Below, in pieces: positions 57,505 to 64,000 of a stretch of 64,000 bases of DNA. The DNA lies in assembly GCA_937888735.1 (NCBI GenBank), contig CALASN010000164.1, positions 26,643 to 90,642 of the forward strand. The letters are read 5' to 3'. Positions within the stretch are counted from its first letter, which is position 1; each line of letters opens with the position of its first letter. This DNA is from an uncultured Bacillota bacterium. Its GTDB lineage: Bacteria > Bacillota > DTU084. Below the pieces are notes generated by a model. The model saw only the letters and a list, made by a program, of their open reading frames with translations, ran no database searches and was not told the DNA's origin. The position numbers were made by a program, and so were the translations under genes.

Positions 57505-58794
57505 TCAATTGCTTGAAGCACAAGCGCTGATATATTTTGGGGCGTGTAATTCGTGGTAATTCTCGACAGCTCTTTCAGCCGATTCCCTGCGCATACAGGA
57601 GACGGACTCATAGTTGTCAACGAGCAGAGAACAGATTGATGGGGAAATCGCACCGCTTTCCACCATGCCTTTGAGCGTGGCAATAGCTTGTTCTTTGGAC
57701 ATGCCTTTGCGATAAGGCCTGTCTTCGGTTATTGCGGTAAAAATATCTGCCACGGCCATAATGCGGGATCCCAGAGGGAGACTGTTCGCCTTAAGATGAA
57801 AGGGATAACCGCGGCCGTTTAGTTTTTCATGATGGTAAGCGGCCCATTGGGTAATATCTTCAAAGCCGCTGATTGGCTTCAAAAGCCGATATGTATAAAA
57901 ACTGTGCGAGCGAATAATATCATATTCCAGAGGCTCCAGCTTATCCTGCTTTTCAAGGATTTTTTTCGGAACCGCAAGTTTTCCGATGTCATGAAGGTTT
58001 GCGGCTATACGCATCATCTTGCATTCAGCTTCAGACATTCCGTTCAGTTCGGCTAGTTTCACCGCCGACGCGGCGACTCCGGCGGAATGCATGGCTGTAA
58101 ACGTACTGCGAAAGTCGATAATCCGGGAGAAGATTTGGGTCAACTCAACTACTTCATCCAATGCCAGCTTTATTGCTTCAAGGGATAAGTCTGCGGGGAC
58201 TTCAGGCTTATGAACAAAATCCAACCAGAGAGCCTCCTGATCACAGATCTCCGAGAATGCGTCTACAATATCCGGGACAAACGTTGAATTCCGCTTACTT
58301 ATGATCTCGGCTTTGATGAGGTTGATTTGGCTTATCACGCACTCATTTCTGTTTACCCGAACCGCAATTTTATCCGCCAAATGAATAATGTGTGACAGCA
58401 AGGGAATAGCTTCCCCGCGATGAGAATTTCCTTGTCCGTTATGCCATGGAATGTGGTGGTATCTGATGACAGTTGCGGCGTCGGAAAGAAGGGAAAAGTC
58501 AGAAAGAAGGTTTGCCCCTAGGAAAGCATGGTAATTTATTGCAGGATCTTCCTCTTCAAGAAAAACAAAATTATCGAGCGACGTGATAATAGCGCCGACA
58601 TCGTGCAAAAGCGCGGCAATAACCAAAGTTCGTTTTTGCTCCACGGGAAGCCGGAGCGTATCGGCTATATGGTCTGACAGATATGCAACCTGCCAATGGT
58701 GATTGGGAACTTCGGGGCTGACTAGATCAACTGCTTTTGTTATGCAGACTAATAAATCATATAAATTTGAAAAATACTGATTGCAGCGCGACAT
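57505..58794 (-). CDS. HD-GYP-type c-di-GMP phosphodiesterase with an additional N-terminal HD-like domain.
   Basis: The C-terminal domain has HDIGK...HHEKLNGRGYP (HD-GYP). The N-terminal domain has LHDVGAI...HHIPWHNG (HD-like). Confidence 0.8.
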   Translation of the reverse strand: MSRCNQYFSNLYDLLVCITKAVDLVSPEVPNHHWQVAYLSDHIADTLRLPVEQKRTLVIAALLHDVGAIITSLDNFVFLEEEDPAINYHAFLGANLLSDFSLLSDAATVIRYHHIPWHNGQGNSHRGEAIPLLSHIIHLADKIAVRVNRNECVISQINLIKAEIISKRNSTFVPDIVDAFSEICDQEALWLDFVHKPEVPADLSLEAIKLALDEVVELTQIFSRIIDFRSTFTAMHSAGVAASAVKLAELNGMSEAECKMMRIAANLHDIGKLAVPKKILEKQDKLEPLEYDIIRSHSFYTYRLLKPISGFEDITQWAAYHHEKLNGRGYPFHLKANSLPLGSRIMAVADIFTAITEDRPYRKGMSKEQAIATLKGMVESGAISPSICSLLVDNYESVSCMRRESAERAVENYHELHAPKYISACASSN

Positions 58795-58834
58795 AAATTA
58801 CCTCCGCGGGGCGACCCCAGCTTTTTCGAAGAGC

Positions 58835-59719
58835 TTATTTTTCTGTTTTACGACGTTTTTTCGCTTCATACATTTTTTCGTCAGCGAATCTGATGATTTC
58901 TTCTGCGCTCAGACCTGAGACTGGCATAGTGACTACACCTTGGGACACCACAATTGTTATCTGGTTGTCTTGGATAGAAACCTTTGTTTCATCAAAACGA
59001 CGATAGATTCGTTCCGAAATCCTAAGAGCTCCTTGACTGTCGGTGCCGTTCAGGCAGACAACGAATTCATCTCCACCATAACGGGCTACCCAATCCGTAT
59101 CGTTTCTAAGACAGTCACGAATCGTATTGGCCGCCTGCTTTAAAATCTTATCTCCGGCAGCATGTCCAAACGTATCATTGACCGTTTTCAGGTTATCGAT
59201 ATCGATAAAAATCACAGACAGCGGTTTTTTGCTCATTTTAGCGCTAACGATATTGACGGGTAAACGATCGACTAAAAAGCGGCGATTGTAAAGCGACGTC
59301 AGTTCATCTCTGATTATCATATCATTGATATCTTTAACGACATCGCTCATTAACTTACCGTTTTGATAGTCTCCCGAACCGATCATCATGGTATCGGTCA
59401 CATTTTTTAAAAGCTCCAGCACCATTGGCTTTTCGGCGGAGTCTATAGGCAATGCGGTAACCAGCATTATTTCTTCAGGGCTATGTTCTAGCTTCATAAA
59501 GCTTCTTTGTTCACGATGAGCCCGCACGGAGATGCAGTTGTCGCAGATCTGTCCGCTTCCCCAATAAGCGTAACATATTTCACGCGTTTCGCTCGCGCTG
59601 CAATCGCGATATTCCATAACTCGTTTCCGGAGAGGATCCACAATCCGAACTGAATCATACATTTTATGAAAGAAATTCAAGTTTGCTTCTAACTTATTTA
59701 AGGTCATTTTTTCTGGCAT
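58835..59719 (-). CDS. GGDEF diguanylate cyclase with an N-terminal Cys-rich sensor domain.
   Basis: RYGGDEF active-site motif. D.D.LK.VND region. N-terminal CSASETREICYAYWGSGQICDNCIS. Start at minus-strand ATG 59719 behind an AAGGAG RBS. Confidence 0.85.
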   Translation of the reverse strand: MPEKMTLNKLEANLNFFHKMYDSVRIVDPLRKRVMEYRDCSASETREICYAYWGSGQICDNCISVRAHREQRSFMKLEHSPEEIMLVTALPIDSAEKPMVLELLKNVTDTMMIGSGDYQNGKLMSDVVKDINDMIIRDELTSLYNRRFLVDRLPVNIVSAKMSKKPLSVIFIDIDNLKTVNDTFGHAAGDKILKQAANTIRDCLRNDTDWVARYGGDEFVVCLNGTDSQGALRISERIYRRFDETKVSIQDNQITIVVSQGVVTMPVSGLSAEEIIRFADEKMYEAKKRRKTEK

Positions 59720-60196
59720 ATGTATTCTCCTTAACCAAATAAAGTACCAGTGGAAAAAGAGCATTTTTTTCTGGCTCGCAATTCTGTTTCCGGTTCGCGT
59801 AAAGTATGTCCATTAGCGAATAATCAGTTTATCCAGCCGTAGGCGCAATGGTTCGAGAAGCATTGTTTTTTTCATAAGGGAGCTTTTTCTGTGACGTTCT
59901 CACATTTCATCGAGAAAAGGAAGAAAGGTTATGGATTGCGCGACGCAAACGCCTTCTGCTGGATGATGCCATTCTTAATGGTCTGCATACGACGCCTTAT
60001 TGAAACAGTGCTTTGTCACGAATTATTCTGACTAGCCGACGCGTTAATGATGTTATTATAGCGTAAGATCCAGAAAATGGCAAACTGTACGCTAATATTG
60101 GTAGCTTAGCGATATGAAATCTCTGTTTTCCGCTGTAATTATGGCGTCAGGGTAACACGCTCATGAGTCGCTATCACAGATATAATCCGCTGACTG

Positions 60197-60224
60197 TTGA
60201 TCTTTTCACACATTATGCTATGAT
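60197..60224 (+). promoter_or_regulatory. Extended -10 SigA promoter (TTGATC, 16-nt spacer, TGcTATGAT). The predicted transcription start coincides with ATG 60231.
   Basis: Read directly from the sequence. Confidence 0.4.
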
Positions 60225-60230
60225 CTGCTT

Positions 60231-61610
60231 ATGAAGAAACGAAGAGGTGCGTCCATGAGTTTTCAAAGAGGACAAATTATCCAAGCGGCGATTTCGGATC
60301 TCAGCCACGACGGAAGAGGAGTTGCGCATGTGGATGATTTCGCCGTTTTTGTCGCTGGCGCTCTTCCCGGCGAAGAAGTTCAGTTCCAAATCACTGAAGT
60401 GAAAAAAAGTTATGCCCGGGGCGCTTTGAAAAAGATCGTTTCCGCCTCTCCTGCCAGAACAACTCCAGTCTGCGACCTCTATCCCCGTTGCGGCGGCTGT
60501 CAGCTTCAGCACCTCGACTATTCGCAGCAGCTGGCTGCCAAGGAGAAATACGTTTCCCAAACCATCAAGCGCATAGGAAAAATTCAGCCGCCGGTGCTGC
60601 CGATTATCGGCCTGGAAAATCCTTGGCAGTACCGGAATAAGGCTTTGTTTCCTTTCGCCCGGAAGGATGGCACTTTGCTCTTGGGCTGCTTTGAGATGGG
60701 GACTCACAATGTTGTGAATCTGGCCCATTGTCCCATCCAGCATCAAGCCCATCTGGCAGTATTGGCGAAGATCCGGGAATTGGTGGCAGCATACGGTCTT
60801 TCGATTTATGATGAGCGGACCGGCTGCGGCCTGCTCCGGCATCTGCTCATCCGCACGGGATTTAAGACAGGGGAGACGCTTTTGGGCCTTGTCACCACCA
60901 GCGAATGCTTCCCGGACTCCCAAAAATTCGCAGCAGAACTGGCTGGTGGCATAGATGAGAACATAGTTGGCGTAGTGAGAAATATTAATGACCGGCGTGG
61001 AAATGTTATTTTGGGATCGGAAAGCAGGCTGCTGTGGGGAAAACCGGTTCTCTATGAAGAGATCCTAGGCCTACGTTTCGCTATTTCAGCGACCTCTTTT
61101 TTTCAGGTTAATCCGGCTGGGATGGAAAAGCTCTATGGGAAAGTGCTGGAGGCGGCGGGAAATTTTTCCGTGGCTGTGGATGCCTATTGCGGTATAGGAA
61201 GCATCGCGCTTTTGCTGGCCAAAGCCGGGAAAAAAGTATATGGCATTGAAACCGTCTCTTCGGCAATATCAGACGCCAAGGAGAATGCCAGACTTAATGG
61301 AATCGCCAATGCAGTATTTTTGGAAGGAAAGGTAGAAGAGGCGTTACCTCGGCTTTTAGGTACGGGCCTCAAGCCGGATCTTGTGGTCTTGGATCCGCCG
61401 CGCAAGGGCTGCGAGGGAAACGTACTATCCGCAATCGTAGAAGCGCAAATTTCCAAACTAGTCTATGTTTCCTGCAATCCCAGCACCTTGGCCCGCGATC
61501 TGGCTGCCTTGTCTCCGTTTTATGAAACAAAATGGGTTCAACCGGTTGATATGTTCCCGCAAACTTACCACGTTGAGTGCGTGGTATTAATGTCAAGGGT
61601 AAAGAAGTAA
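60231..61610 (+). CDS. rlmD: 23S rRNA (uracil-C5)-methyltransferase RlmD/RumA family, with TRAM domain, [4Fe-4S] Cys cluster and SAM methyltransferase domain.
   Basis: Cys cluster CDLYPRCGGCQLQH. TRAM-like N-terminus. DAYCGIGS SAM motif. LDPPRKG. Alternative start at ATG 60255 behind GAAGAGGTG. Confidence 0.85.
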   Translation: MKKRRGASMSFQRGQIIQAAISDLSHDGRGVAHVDDFAVFVAGALPGEEVQFQITEVKKSYARGALKKIVSASPARTTPVCDLYPRCGGCQLQHLDYSQQLAAKEKYVSQTIKRIGKIQPPVLPIIGLENPWQYRNKALFPFARKDGTLLLGCFEMGTHNVVNLAHCPIQHQAHLAVLAKIRELVAAYGLSIYDERTGCGLLRHLLIRTGFKTGETLLGLVTTSECFPDSQKFAAELAGGIDENIVGVVRNINDRRGNVILGSESRLLWGKPVLYEEILGLRFAISATSFFQVNPAGMEKLYGKVLEAAGNFSVAVDAYCGIGSIALLLAKAGKKVYGIETVSSAISDAKENARLNGIANAVFLEGKVEEALPRLLGTGLKPDLVVLDPPRKGCEGNVLSAIVEAQISKLVYVSCNPSTLARDLAALSPFYETKWVQPVDMFPQTYHVECVVLMSRVKK

Positions 61611-61734
61611 GTGTGTGAAAAACCCAGTAATACCGGTACTTCCGGGGTTTGCTGGCAAAAATCCGGTGCGCCGAAAACGGCGGAATATCGCTTTGAGGGA
61701 ACAAGTCCGGAGGGCGGATTTCAGGCGCGAGTGA

Positions 61735-61858
61735 ACAGGATTGATGTTGGCACTTCACGAGTGTACAGGATAGATGTTTTGGTGTTTTTGGGGGTGGTGA
61801 TAGGACAGAATTGATGTTTTTCAGATTTTTTTGAGGTTGTGTGGTCAGATTGGATGTT
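61735..61858 (+). repeat. Four imperfect ~14-bp direct repeats (consensus ACAGGATTGATGTT, each preceded by GTG/TAG) with 30/40/40-bp spacing. They could be iterons or a multi-site operator array.
   Basis: ACAGGATTGATGTT at 61735, ACAGGATAGATGTT at 61765, ACAGAATTGATGTT at 61805, TCAGATTGGATGTT at 61845. Confidence 0.5.
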
Positions 61859-61902
61859 AGGATAAAAATGTGTATTGTTTCAGGGGAAAGAAGGTAGTTG
61901 AA

Positions 61903-62109
61903 ATGAGCAAATACAGTACCTTGTGGGAATATATTTGACAAAACGGAAGCCAGTCATTTCAATTGACTTTCGATGAGATCAAACGTATTGCAGGAATACC
62001 AATTGACCATTCTTTTTTGAATTATAAAAAAGAGTTAAAGGAATACGGCTATGAAGTCGACAAAATATCACTGAAAAAACAGATCATAACTTTTAACAAA
62101 ATAAATTAG
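61903..62109 (+). pseudogene. 68-codon conserved-looking small ORF interrupted by a single in-frame TGA at codon 12 (nonsense-mutated or recoded).
   Basis: Translation is MSKYSTLWEYI, then TGA, then QNGSQSFQLTFDEIKRIAGIPIDHSFLNYKKELKEYGYEVDKISLKKQIITFNKIN, all in one frame. The ATG follows GAAAGAAGG. Confidence 0.4.
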
Positions 62110-62132
62110 CATTATGGAAAGAGGCCAGAGTA

Positions 62133-62708
62133 ATGCGTAAGCCATTATCTGAAATGACGCTTCAGGAACTGTGGGAACTGTTTCCCATTCAGCTGACGGA
62201 GCACAAAACATACTGGAAAGATTGGTACCGGGAAGAGCAGGCGTTTCTGTCCTCTTTTCTACCGAAGGACGTCTGGATTTATCATATCGGCAGTACCGCC
62301 ATTGATGGCATCTGGGCTAAGCCGATTGTGGACACCTTGGCGGAAGCACCGCTCGCAGAGCATGAGACAATTAAAAAATTCTTGCTGGAAAACGGTTATC
62401 TCTGCATGGCGAAAAGCGAAAAGCGTATGGATTTTAATAAAGGTTATACACCCGAGGGCTTTGCCGAGCGGGTGTTTCACTTACATTTGCGGGATTTCGG
62501 CGACCACGACGAGCTGTATTTTCGGGACTACTTGAACGAGCATCCCGAAACGGCAAAGAAATATGAAAAATTGAAGCTGTCCCTTTGGAAGACTTATGAG
62601 CATGACCGGGACGGCTATACGGAGCAAAAAACCAGTTTTGTCCGAAAGGTTACAGAGCAAGCTTTCGCGCAGTATGGGAAGGAGAAATATTTATTCTATG
62701 TTAAATAG
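62133..62708 (+). CDS. GrpB-family protein (UPF0157, nucleotidyltransferase-like), intact.
   Basis: 191 aa with the IYHIGSTAIDGIWAKPIVD motif. AGAGGCCAGAG-region RBS before the ATG. Confidence 0.8.
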   Translation: MRKPLSEMTLQELWELFPIQLTEHKTYWKDWYREEQAFLSSFLPKDVWIYHIGSTAIDGIWAKPIVDTLAEAPLAEHETIKKFLLENGYLCMAKSEKRMDFNKGYTPEGFAERVFHLHLRDFGDHDELYFRDYLNEHPETAKKYEKLKLSLWKTYEHDRDGYTEQKTSFVRKVTEQAFAQYGKEKYLFYVK

Positions 62709-63579
62709 TCTGAGAATTGCGTTATTGCAGATTTTGACCGAAGGTACTTTAGAAGGCAATCTGCGAAAAGGATTGAGCTATTGTAAAAAAGCAAAAAACA
62801 TGGGCGCGGATATCGCCCTGTTCCCTGAAATGTGGAGTGTGGGTTACCGCATCCCGGAAAACACAGACGAATTGAAAGCCGGCGCTATATCAGCCGACAG
62901 CGATTTTCTCTGTTCTTTCGCCAAATTAGCAAAAGAACTTGATATGGCAATCGGGATCACTTTTCTTGAACAGTATGATCCTCGGCCACGGAACACATTC
63001 TGCCTTTTTGACCGTTTCAGCAATCGTGTGCTCACCTATGCGAAAGTGCATATCTGCGATTTCGGTGATGAATGCAGGCTGACAGCCGGCGATGATTTTT
63101 ATGTCACCGATTTGAACACTGAAAAGGGCAATGTAAAGATTGGCGCAATGATCTGCTACGATCGCGAATTCCCAGAAAGCGCAAGAATTTTGATGTTAAA
63201 AGGTGCTGAAATCATCTTGGTGCCAAATGCATGCCCGATGGAAATTAACCGCATTTCGCAGCTACGCGCACGGGCCTTTGAAAACATGGTTGGTATCGCG
63301 ACTGTAAATTATCCCTTAGGTCAGCCGGATTGCAACGGGCACTCAACTGCCTTTGACGGGATTGCATATAGGGCCTCCAAATCCGGCTTCAGAGATACTT
63401 TAATTGTGGAAGCAGGTGAGCGTGAGGGCATTTATATGGCCGATTTTCCTATTGATGAAATTCGAAAATACAGAAGTCATGAAGTGCATGGAAATGCTTA
63501 CCGTCATCCGCAGAAATACAAGCTACTCGTTTCTGAAAATATTGAAGAACCGTTTCTTCGGAAAGACTACCGAAAATAA
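62698..63579 (+). CDS. Carbon-nitrogen hydrolase (nitrilase-superfamily amidohydrolase).
   Basis: The Glu-Lys-Cys triad context is present: LFPEMW, the KVHI block and GAMICYDREFPE with the catalytic Cys. ATG 62698 follows GGGAAGGAGAAAT and overlaps the GrpB stop. Confidence 0.8.
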   Translation: MLNSLRIALLQILTEGTLEGNLRKGLSYCKKAKNMGADIALFPEMWSVGYRIPENTDELKAGAISADSDFLCSFAKLAKELDMAIGITFLEQYDPRPRNTFCLFDRFSNRVLTYAKVHICDFGDECRLTAGDDFYVTDLNTEKGNVKIGAMICYDREFPESARILMLKGAEIILVPNACPMEINRISQLRARAFENMVGIATVNYPLGQPDCNGHSTAFDGIAYRASKSGFRDTLIVEAGEREGIYMADFPIDEIRKYRSHEVHGNAYRHPQKYKLLVSENIEEPFLRKDYRK

Positions 63580-63644
63580 GAATTACTTGGTGTGAACCAC
63601 GCAAATATCGCACATCTAAAAGCAACAGCAATCAAAAGCCGCTG

Positions 63645-63812
63645 TTGGAAAACGGCTGTTTCTGCATGGCGCAAAGCGAAAAGTGCATGGATATTAATAA
63701 AGGCTACACCACTGACGGCTATACGGAGCAGAAAACCGGCTTTGTCAAAGAAGTTACGCAGTTGCCCATAGCGCAGTACCGCAGTACGGAAAGGACAAAT
63801 ATCAATGAGTGA
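63645..63812 (+). pseudogene. Truncated, internally deleted duplicate of the GrpB gene (a fragment covering GrpB residues ~85-104 fused to ~160-175).
   Basis: LENGCFCMAQSEKCMDINKGYT..DGYTEQKTGFVKEVTQ parallels LENGYLCMAKSEKRMDFNKGYT and DGYTEQKTSFVRKVTE of 62133..62708. The nucleotide identity is visible by eye. Confidence 0.45.
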
Positions 63813-63941
63813 TTGGTTTACAATAGACCGCATTGATGCGGATACATATATCATCAGCGAATACAGGACAGGTATATCCACCAGATTTGAAATACTTTTT
63901 TGAATGCACTTCACTTATATAATTTATATTGAGTATAATAT

Positions 63942-63955
63942 TGTCAATATTGACA
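63942..63955. promoter_or_regulatory. Perfect 14-bp palindrome TGTCAATATTGACA inside an AT-rich promoter (TATAAT at 63959-64) upstream of a gene that starts beyond the window. It is a candidate operator.
   Basis: Read directly from the sequence. AAAGGGGG RBS at 63984-91. Confidence 0.35.
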
Positions 63956-64000
63956 TCATATAATCGGTTGGGTTATAATTAGATAAAGGGGGTATCAGTA

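Noticed and set aside
61936-61975. Selenocysteine decoding of the in-frame TGA in the 61903 small ORF.
   Set aside because: The downstream hairpin is short (5 bp) with a UUUCAAU loop and no conserved apical G/U features of a bacterial SECIS. The adjacent GrpB pseudogene shows TGA TAG decay. It is kept only as a low-probability alternative.
1-64000. Search for CRISPR arrays, rRNA and tRNA genes.
   Set aside because: No regularly spaced 25-40-bp direct repeats with unique spacers were seen. The only repeat array (61735-61858) has 14-bp units with variable sequence and no spacer/repeat alternation. No rRNA-like or cloverleaf candidates were found.

Overview
Most of the window is explained by recognisable genes; the part least accounted for is a carbohydrate-utilisation locus (1-32.8 kb) with locally amplified giant hydrolases and several odd members. 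GC is about 55% and the organism looks like a spore-forming Firmicute of Clostridia type, based on ytfI/ytfJ, a CotJC-like protein and an IspH-ribosomal protein S1 fusion. No rRNA, tRNA or CRISPR array was found. The window has four blocks:

- **Block 1 (1-32.8 kb), accessory glycan-utilisation locus.** It holds three paralogs of a giant multidomain clan GH-A (GH5-like TIM-barrel) glycoside hydrolase: one cut by the window edge plus a tandem pair whose 30-nt start region is also duplicated. A 925-aa secreted protein shares the hydrolases' N-terminal beta-sandwich module twice and carries FlgD-Ig-like repeats. A solute-binding protein has no adjacent permease or ATPase. The block also carries a GH130 phosphorylase, an MFS transporter, a LacI regulator, a frameshifted ~800-aa gene and an AraA-like isomerase. 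An 821-aa MBL/beta-CASP protein has a long uncharacterised C-terminal extension. Also present are a GH42 beta-galactosidase, a small membrane-protein gene below the ORF-track cutoff, an esterase, an AraC regulator, a ~1060-aa DUF5107-like/TPR protein, a cytoplasmic GH-A hydrolase and an FAD oxidoreductase.
- **Block 2 (32.8-36.4 kb), AT-rich decayed island.** It contains a GH42-like pseudogene split over three frames, a stand-alone CotJC-like ferritin-like protein, and IS256-like and IS4-like transposase remnants.
- **Block 3 (36.4-54.5 kb), core genes.** The order is lysA, an M50-like protease, trpS, scpA and scpB (no T-box upstream of trpS), then ytfJ/ytfI, two flavoproteins and rluB. These are followed by a HutP-family gene translationally coupled to an aroH-hisC-aroF-tyrA-aroA operon, then cmk, plsC and an ispH-rpsA fusion.
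- **Block 4 (54.6-64 kb).** Aconitase, a GGDEF/HD-GYP c-di-GMP pair, rlmD and a nitrilase-superfamily gene. GrpB is present as one intact gene plus two decayed copies, one of them carrying tandem in-frame TGA TAG stops.

Block 4 also contains four ~14-bp direct repeats upstream of a conserved-looking 68-codon ORF interrupted by one in-frame TGA, and a perfect 14-bp palindrome in a promoter at the window end.
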